A stretch of DNA of 54,252 bases, counting the filler, from Dimargaris cristalligena (lineage: Eukaryota): NCBI GenBank assembly GCA_003614675.1. It is 3 parts of 3 records of this genome, joined end to end, with 100 filler letters (N's around TTAATTAATTAA, not from the genome) between each part and the next. Parts side by side here need not be neighbours in the genome. Positions count along the whole stretch, not along the records: positions 18,134 to 36,159 come from ML002778.1; 2 more parts are not named here. One strand, 5' to 3'. Made by a program: the position numbers and the translations under genes. This document shows, one piece after another, positions 21,955 through 33,100 of the stretch; position 1 is the stretch's first letter; each line of letters opens with the position of its first letter. A model generated the notes under the pieces. It searched no databases. It saw nothing but the letters and a program-made list of their open reading frames with translations, and was not told where the DNA came from.

Positions 21955-24577
21955 CTAATGGAACCGTGTCGCCATCCAAGGATCAAATACATTATTATAC
22001 AAAGGCGGTGGTTCGTACGGCGGGGTTAGAACAGGCCAGTTTAGGGCAGAGTTGATAGGGGTGGCCTGTATCCCGAAATCCCCCGCGAAATGTACGACGC
22101 CAAGCTCATAATTGTTGATTCGGAGTTGAGTCGCGTCCACCCGTCCCCCGGTTGTACCCGGCGGAGTCCGGGATTGGCAGTATGTGCCCCAGGCGGCCGG
22201 CGATAAGTTATGGCTACCAGCGTAAAACCAGCCGGGGGGTGGTGATCGATCATTGGCAGTGGTCCCTTTCCCTTGGAAGGTCGGCGAGTAGCCCGTCGGT
22301 AGACGCGGGGCGGTGCGGGCCCATATGAGCTTAGTGTGCGTCAGTTTTCCCGGGCGGTGGGATAGGCAGTCAGCCAGACAGGCCTGGAATTGCCCCAGGC
22401 CCTTGTAGCTGTATTCACTAAGGAACAGGGATCCGCCGCCCCGGAGGCCGTAGGTTGAGTTCTCTACCGTATCTAGAGATGGGTAAACAATCCGGAAGTG
22501 CTCTGGCATTCCGATCCGTGGAAACGGCCGCCGTCCGGCCAAATACAATCCCCAAAATTCCCTGAGGGTCAGATATGAGTCAAGTCGCTGAATGGAGGGA
22601 GGAGGGGGTTGGAGTAAGCCAATACCACTTTTTCACTATAGTCAAAAATCACCTACCTTGGGTGAGGTCTTTGGACGCTTTGCTCTCATGCCCAGTTTCA
22701 GATACCTGTCCGCAAAGCGACTTGAAAAACTTGGGAAGCCAATTTCCACCTATGTTACCGATGGACGATGCCTGCAAAAGCGAACAAAATAGCTCAGAGC
22801 AGCCGGAGTTAGATTTGTCAAGACCACAGAGCTGCCTGTAATATTTGGGAGATGTATAATAATAGAGGGGTGGGGTACTAAGTTACACAATTAAGTCTAC
22901 CTGGCACTCGAAATGGATTTGTTTCGGGTCCCGATAGGGCGGCAATGTTTCAGTGGGCTGCGATTCCTGATCCACGGATGTTTTCGGATATTGTTCAGCA
23001 ATCAGGGCCGCTAGGCGGGTTTGGCCATACGAATCCCATCTGGTTTTGGGATAGGTACCTGGAACGGACATTACTAACTGGGCCTAATAAGAGGAAATAA
23101 ATTGTACGGGTCCGGACCGAGACGGTCATTTCGAATCAAAATGAAAATTAGGAGAGAATTATGAATTAATAAAAAAAAAGCCAATTTACGCACATGTAGC
23201 GACATCAGACCATAGCAATCCTCGGGCCTTTTGTACCAAAACCCCACCATGCTGCAAGGAAATGTTACGACCCATTCACTACACCATGGGAGCCTGTACC
23301 AATTTAAGGATATTCGGGGGATTTACCTTAGCCAGTTGAAAATCATAGTCCATTAGAGTGGCTCGGACTTTGGCGGGAACACAGCAGTCTCTCAAAAACC
23401 GATCCAACTGGGCACCAAATTCGGAGACATGGGGGTAAAGCTCGGCACTTGGCTGTGCACTACCTTTAGCCGCAACAGGGGTCGGGGCGGAAAAGGCCGC
23501 ACCAGTGGTTGGTGGGGATCGGACGGCAAAATCTTGACAAAAAATGGTATTTTCCATGACCTCCCAGTCATACGCAATCAAGTTCCCCGAGCACACCGCC
23601 ACTCGTAAAAAGCCCGGATAGTACAGTAGCATGAGTTTGGCATGAAAGCAACCAAGGCCGGAGGTTGACATCGGGGGGTGCACGACCAGTGTATTCGTGG
23701 CCCGATCCGAATGTAGACCAGGCTGTTCCCCGTGTTTGGCACTCCAGTTCTTGACCAGGCAGACGGACATGGGAGGGCTCCGACGGGGTAGTTGATTGCG
23801 CAGCCAGTCTTCGTCTACCACAAAGGAAGTGAAGACCGCTTTTTGTAACCCATGGGGCTCAACGATATCTGAAAAGCGAAGAGTGTGGGCGGTTGGGTAG
23901 CCAGGCATATGGTTCATCCGCACTACACCGTGTGTATAACGGGGGCTACAGTGGGGGGTAGTCGAAGATGGGGTTAAACGTACCCGCTTGGCTTCACGGC
24001 TGGAGTAGTCGTCCCTGTCTACCTTGGTAGGTGAACCGGGAGGGGAGGCTAATACTAGATTAATGGAAACGTATTCTTCAGTCGAATCCAAGGAACGGAT
24101 ATCCGAGTGTTTGGGTCGGTCGCTAGTCGGGCAAGGTTCGGTAACAGCGGGCCACGCCGGTGGCGAGCTATTGGGGGAATCTGCTAAATCAATGACAAGG
24201 GCCTTCGGCGAAGGTTCCCCCGACTGATCATCCGGGGTTGTTTTCGGCATACCCTGCTGCACAGTACTTATAAAACTACGACTGGAATTGGCCCCAAAAA
24301 GAACTTGTTGTAATAGAGGCGTTTGCTGTTGTTGCTCTTGGTCGGGCGTACCAGGATGGGAACAGTTATCTGTTGAAATATTAAACAGTTGTGCCTTTGG
24401 GCCTAGGGAGGGTCCTACGCTAGCTCCGAACCGCGTCAGAACTACAGTTGAATGAATGGAACCTAAGAGGCGACGAACTATCACTATACAGCCCAACAGA
24501 TGCAAAGACGGGCGACTCCAGAATAAGAAATGTGAACGTCTGATTCCGGCAAGCGTTATAGTAAAAGGTTGGACCAT
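21955..24577 (-). CDS. TDP1: Tyrosyl-DNA phosphodiesterase 1, 4 exons
   Basis: Exons 24577-23327, 23083-22901, 22771-22706, 22587-21955 (phase-0 GT-AG introns; the third intron's boundaries are the least certain). Two HxK..N motifs: GCFHAKLMLLYY..SGNL..DW..MEN and HTKLIWA..WFYAGSHNLSPAAWG. Also SVPG, QASSIG, IVYPS, NNYELGV. Confidence 0.92.
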
Positions 24578-24889
24578 GGCTTCTCCATTACTCGTTCCTT
24601 TTCAAACTACAGGGCATATACTAATATCAGCTGGCTGTGACGGGTACTCCATGAGCCAGTATAAAACCCCCCCTGCTCTTTTGATTTTTTTTACAGGCTC
24701 TTACTGCAACGGGCTGACAGCGCTGAGAATAAAAACACCCCCTTAATTCACGAGGAATTTAGCCCAACAGCCGTGCCGTTGATTGATTTCTGGATTTCCC
24801 CATGTATAACTTACCCATCTAATTCACTCGTTGGTCTATTATTACCCCATTTCCCTCTCTATTTCCTCGGAAAATACGCTATCCCCGGA

Positions 24890-25669
24890 ATGCCCCTACC
24901 AACCGAAACAACCGTGCGCATCACCCGTGCCCAACTCCACGGGGATTCTGATCCCGAAGAAGCCGATGGGGATGCGATCGCTGAGTACGAAGCCCGTATG
25001 CGAGCCATGTTTGCCGCCCCGGAACCTATAGCCTCCCCTGAGCCCCTTCCCAGTGACGCGGACGACACCAGGGCCACTCCGGACGTTGCCACCGACTCGG
25101 ACGACTCCACGGCTATGGCTGAGGACCCTGCGGAGCCAGCTACCCTGTTCCGCCTTTTTGCCCGTTCCGAAGCGGTGGCGGTTCAACTGGGGCCATCAGT
25201 CGAATTCCGTGGGCCCACCCACCGCCCCGTGCTCATTGGACGCGCCCAGCGGGCCGCCAACCTTCACTACACCCCCGAAGTCGAGGCCCAGCGGATAGTT
25301 GATGCCACCATTGACTACGACCGTATTATAGTGGAGGCTAAAATCCCCTGGGAACGCCACTTTTTCCCCCATAAACTAGTCCCGGCCGCGGGGGAGCCCC
25401 AAAAGCCTCGGAGTCAGGCGGCTAAACGGCGACAGCGGCAACGCAAGACATTGGCCACGCTCAAATTACCCACACCCTCTAGCCGGCGATCAACCCGACT
25501 CGAAGGCAGTGCCCCAAAGACCTCGAGAGCACCCAAGAATAAGCGGTCTAAACAACGGGACTGCTCGGCCCTGGCATCTATTCGACCCCGGACACGACAA
25601 ATCATCCCCAAATCAACCTTGGTGGCCCTGGCCTCGGTCAAGCACAGTCATGTTCGATTCGATTCCTAA
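24890..25669 (+). CDS. Hypothetical protein, possibly fungal DUF2011-like, with a basic C-terminus
   Basis: Open frame from ATG 24890. Acidic N-terminal half, LFRLF motif, ATIDYDRIIVEAKIPW..FPHKLV, K/R-rich tail. The family call is from remembered motifs only. Confidence 0.6.
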   Translation: MPLPTETTVRITRAQLHGDSDPEEADGDAIAEYEARMRAMFAAPEPIASPEPLPSDADDTRATPDVATDSDDSTAMAEDPAEPATLFRLFARSEAVAVQLGPSVEFRGPTHRPVLIGRAQRAANLHYTPEVEAQRIVDATIDYDRIIVEAKIPWERHFFPHKLVPAAGEPQKPRSQAAKRRQRQRKTLATLKLPTPSSRRSTRLEGSAPKTSRAPKNKRSKQRDCSALASIRPRTRQIIPKSTLVALASVKHSHVRFDS

Positions 25670-27142
25670 ATACTGCGTAATGTTATGTAATTTTTACAAA
25701 AGGCATATCCCCATTTTTTATATATAAAATAAACCTCAAGATATTGATAGAGGCACGTTCTTCCTTTTGTTTCTTCGTTCCAACTATTTGTTGGAGGAGC
25801 CCGGCCAATTTTAAAATGCGAATCTAATTTGACCACCTGGATACTTCAAAGTCAGTAAGGTGTAAGACCACTTTAGTATCCCCCAACTACTGTATTTACT
25901 TGGCTTCCGGTCCGTCTCATACGGCGAGTTTCCCCGACAAGACCCACCACCTTATTGCCTGGTATCGTAGAGACTACCAGGCCCCTGCCTTAATTGCGAT
26001 ATATGCATTACTCCCAGAAACTGTCCACAAGACCCTTTATTATTCGGCTGCATTTGGTGAGAATGGGGTCAAGGTTGGCCATTTATACTGTATTCCAATG
26101 TAGCCGCTGCTTCACCTCCACCTGTGGATGCAGCACTCCGTAGACCCCGTTCCCCCGTCTAAGCTACTAAGCGAGTCTCAATATAAGTTACCCAGCGTAT
26201 TTCCGACAGTATTTGATGTGACCCGGGGCACTAAGGCCCAGTAACTAGCAACGGAATGGCATACGACAATTATACCAATGCTGTAGTTTTATTTTTACTG
26301 GTGAGAAAACAGACCGACATTGATTGGGACCATGCAAACCGAGTGGGTCGTATACGGAACTATAGAGTGGATTCACGGTCGGCCCTCCGAGGGGGTGGAT
26401 GATTTGTACTATCCAGAGCAAGCACCGAGGCACGGCTTTTGGACATGTCCTTTAAAGATAACTGGGTAGTCCTGCTCTTATTCTTGCCAAAAGCAGGCCT
26501 GTTCAAGTGTATAGAAAATTATCGTAAACTCGGCCATAACCTAGCTCTCTGGAGGGCCAAATCAGATATAGATTATGCCAGGGTTTATATACCCAGTTGC
26601 TGTAAAAAAACAGGAACGCGTAATCGGAGAAAGGGCCGACTCTGTCCCAGTTGAATTCATTTTGTCTGATTAATAATCCTGTTCCTTGGGCTATTTTCTG
26701 TCGAACAGCCAAACAGCCGATCTTCCCAAAAAACCGTCTGTTAACGTAAGCCAGCCAAAGATGGGCAGTAAACCTGACTAATAAATCGGAGGACAATCGA
26801 TGAAACCCATTGGTCAGGTGGCAGATAACAGGCCCATTAGTCAGGGAGAGGTGATGCACATAGTACCACCATGAGTAATCCAAACATTGTGGGAAACGCC
26901 ATTTACTTTTGTTGTACTTTGAGGCGTATTCTTTAACCATATAAAAGGGGATGTAGGGCACGTTCAACCAGGACAATTTATTTATTTTCTCATAAATTAA
27001 CTCGGTGTGTATCGGTAATGCTCTCCTCAGCTTCTTATTTATTTTCTAACCGTCTGTCTATTCAATCGAAACTACCACTACGTGCTTCATATTTAACGAG
27101 GGCCCCGTCTCCCAGATACACGCATTCACTCCCTTCTTCACC

Positions 27143-28652
27143 ATGGCCACATCGTCGAAATACGCCAATGTCTCAGAGACCCAGAAATGGGCCAACAAGG
27201 ATGGCGAGTTTAACCGCCCCCCTTCCGCCTACCGCCACTGGATATCCCAGGAGCCGGGCACCGCTTTCCCCCCCGAGGCCGGCCGTTATCATCTCTATGC
27301 ATCCTACGGCTGTCCCTGGGCCCACCGTACCATTATCGTACGCGCCCTCAAGGGTCTCGAATCCATCATCGATTTGTCCGTGTTTCATCCGGTCATTACC
27401 GACCAGGGCTGGCAATTTGACTTGAACCGCGAGTTCCCTGGGGATACAGCTGGGGAGGACCCCCTCCACCTGGAATTCCAGTACGCCCGGCAACTGTACT
27501 TCAAGTCGAACCCTGACCATGTAGGCCGGTTCACCGTACCTATTTTATGGGACTCGAAAACGGAGCAGGTCGTTAACAACGAAAGTTCGGAAATCATACG
27601 GATGTTCAATTCGGCCTTCGACGACCTACTGAGCCCCTCCAATGCCGGGGCTGCTGTGCGAGGCGCTCATACCACCGACCCAGCCTACCAGTTGGGACAG
27701 GCTTTGGATCTCTACCCCGAAGCCCAACGTGCAGCTATTGACGAAATTAACGAATGGGTCTATGACACGGTCAACAACGGCGTGTATAAAACCGGGTTCA
27801 CTCTCAAGCAGGACGTGTACGAACACCACTGTCAGCGAGTGTTCGGGTCGTTGGATCGACTGGAAAGTATTTTGACCCAGTCTGAGTTTCTTGTGGGCGA
27901 TCGACTAACCGAGGCCGATGTTCGATTGTTCACCACCATTGTTCGGTAGGTGCCACCAGATGTTTGCTTGGTGGGTTGGAACTGGGGGTGTTCAAATGGG
28001 AAGAAGGTCGCTTATTTTTGGATCCTATTCAAGGGGAAATGCGGTTGAATAGACTAACCCGTTACTAACCTAAATCATTAATTGTCAGTTGACTATGTTA
28101 CGCATTAGTTTTGATCCTGCCTACCATGGAATCTTCAAGTGCAACCTCAAGTCCATTGGCAGTGACTATCCCCACATTCTTCGCTGGGCTCGCCGAGTCT
28201 ACCAGGTCCCGACCGGTAAGTCGCATGTTATGTTAGAGTGAAAGGAACTCCATAGATTTGGAATGTTGTGTATATTATTTACTATATCTCCCTGCTCACA
28301 TCAATCGACTGACTAACAGTACGAAATTTCCTTCGGGACCTGAATGAACTACCCAACAGTTGGCCAAACGGTTAAGATTCCCCATATCAAGGCCATCTAC
28401 TATGGCGGCATGTCATCCATCAACCCCAATGGTATTATTCCCCTTGGTAACGGACCAGGTAAGTGTCAAGTTCGGCTCTAATGTTTGCTTTTTAGGTAAT
28501 TTGGGGGGAGATGGGTTCCTTGGTGATTTGGGGTAATACTCGTATTTATATTTCTAATGATTATATTCTAAATGTACTGGGTTGATCATTAATGTTTAAA
28601 CTTTTAACAAATAGATTTATCGCATCCGACTATTAAGCCCGGAACTCTGTAA
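27143..28652 (+). CDS. Glutathionyl-hydroquinone reductase / omega-like GST (ECM4/YqjG family), 4 exons
   Basis: Exons 27143-27945, 28109-28215, 28360-28458, 28615-28652. Motifs: GRYHLYASYGCPWAHRT, FTVPILWD, VNNESSEIIRM, NNGVYKTGF, LTEADVRLFTTIVRFDPAY..FKCN, HIKAIYY..INPNGIIPLG. Confidence 0.95.
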
Positions 28653-30282
28653 TGCCTTTATCCGAAATCGAGCCCATCTTTTACGACGAAGGAGGTCAAT
28701 ATATAAGTACAGAGGTTTTCTCCACTGTTGCTTGGCCCGGTTGTTCAAGGCAGCCCCCCCCCCATACACACGACCATCTCCCAATTTGGAGTTGAATATC
28801 GAATGTTAGGGCGCTGTCAGTATAGTTTTTCTAAAGGTTATAAGGAATAATAAAGTACCAACCCATCAATTCACATTTTTTCCGGGGTTGAATAATCAGT
28901 TTCGGCGGTTAAAAAATCTGACTTTCATGGGCTGTATGTCCCCGTCACCTCCCCTACACGGCAGTTCAACCCACCCAGGTGAAAAGGATGTGAGCTTAAT
29001 AAGAGTGAGCTATGGACAAGGGTACTTTGGCAGTGCTGTAGACCATGCCGGTGGGGTTAAGGTAGCGTGGTCAGTTGGACACGCCTGGAACCGATTAATG
29101 GAGGGGACTGGGTGGGCTGGTTTGGTATGTGGGTGGGGGGGGGATCACGCTTAAGAGCAGAGAGTTAAACGGCAGCAGGTCTCGCACGGTTTTTCGCACC
29201 ACAACGGAGTGCAGGACCTGGTTTTCCCTAGCACCTCATGTTGCTTGTAACCATTAATGCTTAATAAACCGAGACTCAATTATGGTGAAGCTATAGGGTT
29301 TACGGTATCGAATGGGTCGCACTTATGATCGATGTAATTTTTATGTATAAGTGGGCCGACTTTGGAAAGGCGAAAAAGGGGGATATCCGAGGCGGAAGTA
29401 GGATACTCCTGGATGCGGGCTGCCACATTTCGACCTTTTGATGGCAGGTGGTGCTTTTTTCCAGGTATTCCACGTAGACGACCAGTACCGATGTCGAGAG
29501 GAAAGGTAGAGTTCGGGTGACAGCGAATTAAATTGGCGGATGGAGCCGTTGGGTACGACTAGGTCAACAAAGAGCGGAAGAGGAGGAGGCACCACCACAG
29601 GGGATGTCTGTGTGTGTGGGTGGATGTGGATGTGTGTGGTGTGTACGTGTGTGTATGTGGGTGTGGGTATAGAACGAGAGAAAGAGGGAGAAGTGGCCGA
29701 ATTTTCCACCCTCCATGGTGAAGAAAAAAACCGACATTAAAAACATCCCCCGTCGCGCTTCCACGCGCCTTTCGTGGTCTGTCCCTCTTGCTTTCCGTCG
29801 CTGTCTTTTATCGTTTCGAAAGTCCTCGTCTATTCCGCGCCCCGTCCTCCTTCAACCGGCCTTGGCATTCGCGTCCTGCACTATCCCTACTTCCGCTGAC
29901 CAGAGACAGGTAAGGTGACTTAGGCGGCTATTGGCGTTGTCCCACATCCAGTCGATCCCGCAGTTCGGATTGGCCGATTCTCCCCATCGATCCAGGCCTA
30001 GACAGGGCCACCTATTAACCGACGGTCCTTATCGTCCCCTCCTCGCGAGTAAAGCGGGGCCTGGTTTGCACCAACCGACTCGAAATTATTGAGCCATGTT
30101 ACCTTCCCTCCACGATTAACTAATTAAATCTATATCACTTTACCAACTCCTTGGCTCTACCCCTCGCTTAATTTAACCTTATTCTCAATCTTACATGGCC
30201 CCGGTTCGGCAACATCTTGCGCTGAATAGTGTATCTTTGGCCCATTACATTCCTTTCCAACCCCGCCCGCCCGAACGCTATC

Positions 30283-32010
30283 ATGTCATTTGTCGTCGAG
30301 GTAGGTATACCCCATCCCCGCCAGTGCACCCCGTTTCTAATGAATCCCACCTACTAACAGCTGGTCGCATAGCATCATCTCGCCCGGGTTTTTGGTCCCC
30401 CCACCTGGTATCTTTGACCTTATTTCTAACCCGACTCTCATCTATTTCTTCAACTATATTAGTACGCCCGTGCCGCTCGCTCCAAATGCAAAGGCTCCGC
30501 CTGTAACCAACCCATCGCAAAAAACGAACTGCGTCTGGCCGTTGTGACCGAGAATACAGATTCCCCAGCTAAAGTCTGGTATCACTTGTAAGTATTATGG
30601 GTGTCTCAAACCAACTGCTTCAGCCGTCCTTAAGATTCGAATATAAAGCACCTCCTCTTTGGCGCTTTTTTTTATCCCCTACACTCGAAAGATAAGAAAA
30701 AAACTAAACAACTGCTTGATGTTATTTTTTCGGCATCCTCTAATACGATTGATGATCCCAGGGAATGTGTCACCTCTGAGATCCTTCAAACGATCACCGC
30801 GGCCGACACTATTACTGACTTCGAAAAGCTGACCGCCGATGATCAGGCGCGTGTGACCAAGGCGGTTAGTGAGAACCGCCCCGCTGCGGGATCTGACAAG
30901 GAGGTTAAGCCGGCTGAAGTTACCCCCAAGGTCGTGGGTTCTAAGCCCCGCGGAAGACCCAAGTCCACTAAGGGAGACCAGGCCAACAAGATCGCCACTA
31001 AGGCCGCTGTCGCCACAACTGCAAGCAAAGTCGACGAGAAGAAGGAAGGCGAAACTTCGGATTCGCAAGCCAAGAGCACCCCGACCCGCTCTACCAAGGC
31101 CAAGGCAAAGGCCCCGAAGGAAGGGGAGATCGAGCCGATGAGTGCCCCCCCGAAGAAGGGACGGGGTTCCTCCAAGGCCGCTACCGAAGCCGGAAAGTCG
31201 TCGTTGATCCGGACTGAATCCCTCCCCACCGAACCCGAGGTCACAGAGGAGGCTGCGGTCCTTCCCGAAACTCACAACGATGCTGCTGCTGGTAGAAAAT
31301 CCCGCGGCTGGAAAAACTCCCCCATCGAACCCGAGGTCACAGTGGAGGCGGCGATCGTTTCTGAAACTGTCGACGGCGATGCTGCTGGTAAAAAACCCCG
31401 CGGCCGGAAGGCCTCCCCCGCCGAACTCGAGGTCACCGAGGAAGCTGCGGTCATTCCCAAAACTGTCAACGGTGCTGCTGCTGGTAGAAATCCCCGCGGC
31501 CGGAAAACCACCCCCAGCGAGGCCCCGACCAGGAAAAGTACACGGGGGCGTAGCATTATCAACAGCGAATCACCCGCTCCGGAGGAGTCGAAGGTTGTCC
31601 CCGCCGCTAAATCCATGACACAGGAACGCAAGAGCGCTGCCACCAAGACCCGTGTTAGGGCTAATACTAAGGTAAGCACCGGAGCTGATACCAAAGCAGA
31701 TAGCAAAGTCTCAGCTATGGCCAAGTCGAAGCCCAAAGCGAACAGCAAGGTCCCAGCCGTAACCAAGTCGGAGCCCAAAGCGGATGGCAGCGAGGCCCTA
31801 GTAGTCGTGCCGGTGCCCAGCAAGGTAGCTGAGTCCCCGGACGCCACCAAGAAGGGGGGTCGGCGCAGGTCCAACAAGACCGAGGCCGAAGCGGAAGCCG
31901 AAGCCGATGTCAAGCCGCCTACTAAGCGGACCAAGAAGGCCAATAATCCCTCTGATAAAACTAAGGCACCCAAGTCGGTTGGACGTCGTGCTAGGAAGCC
32001 CATCGTTTAA
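30283..32010 (+). CDS. Stand-alone PARP-type zinc-finger protein with a Lys/Ala-rich tail containing AT-hook-like motifs, 3 coding exons
   Basis: Exons 30283-30300, 30463-30587, 30762-32010 give MSFVVEYARAARSKCKGSACNQPIAKNELRLAVV..KVWYHLEC..ITDFEKLTADDQARV (zf-PARP C-C-H-C consensus), then KPRGRPK, KPRGRK, NPRGRK. Confidence 0.87.
31222..31515 (+). repeat. Coding tandem repeat, 3 x 96 bp (32 aa)
   Basis: gaac(c/t)cgaggtcac recurs at 31231, 31327 and 31423. Unit consensus is roughly EPEVTEEAAVxPETxNxxAAGRKPRGRKxSPx. Confidence 0.92.
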
Positions 32011-33100
32011 AATTGGAATGGCACACCCGAACATATATTTGCCCATTGACTTTCACTACGGATAATACATTATTTGTAAGGGCTTCTTTTCCGACCCATC
32101 CGTTGGTTGCCCTTCTATTTACCAACCCGATTTTCCGGATCAGCACTATTCATCTATTCTCATTTCACCTCTCTATAATTTAAATTTTACCACTGTCTGT
32201 TTATAGATATGACCCTCCCTCTCTCTTCTGCTCCTTAATAAATCACTATTTCTCCTTTATAAACACCCCTGGGCATGCGTGTCGTTGCCCTACAACTTAC
32301 TCTGAATCCTTTACGGTTTTTGCAAAATTGGATTGTCTTCTCTCTTACAAGTCATTAAATGCCTCACGTTGTGACTACTGTGATATTATTTGTAGTGTGG
32401 GCGATTTTTAATATAATCACGGAACACAGATTCCCCTACGTATGCCATTGAAGTTGTTCTGCCGTATTCCCATAGTTTTGAGTGACATGGCTGTATCTCT
32501 ATGGTCTGGACTGGTTCAATAGACGGTCAAAGGGAAATGGCTCACTTGGTACTGAAACCCTCCTATTACACCCCTTCGGGGTCAGGGCGTGGGGTTGTTC
32601 ATGAGTGAATGATAGAATGGGAGGAATGGTTGCCTTGCATATGGCCTTTTATTAAATTGACCAGTGGCCCAAGGTCGGATTTAACTGTAACTCATTTGCC
32701 TCAATATATAGCTAATACATCTGGGGTGTGCGCGAGGTGGGTGGCGGCCATGCCATTGGCAGTAAAAAGCAGCCCCTAAAATCCCCCCCATCTGATGTAT
32801 TTCCCCCTCACTCAAGGAATATAGAAGCTACTCTTTCCAAATCTTCTAAACTTGCCCTAACATCGTACACTCCCTACCATTCCCCCGCCTCCCCTCCTTC
32901 CATCTGTATACCCTGGCAGAGGCATTCCCCCCATGTGCATCACCTCCCCAGGCCATTAGTAATAACCGAGCTCAACCTTACTCTTTATATGTTTGTATCT
33001 GCTCGTTTATTTGAGTTTTTTTACTTTACCTATCCTTTTTGTCCCTGTATTTCCTCAGTCCACATTAATTCCAACTAAAGACAAGGGCCAATTCTCTACC

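Noticed and set aside
26503..26976. 157-aa minus-strand ORF upstream of the GST
   Set aside because: Non-ATG start, AT-rich codon usage unlike real genes here, no domain signal.
29608..29668. TG1-3-like tract resembling yeast telomeric repeats
   Set aside because: Short, irregular, internal and promoter-proximal; best explained as a degenerate (GT)n microsatellite.
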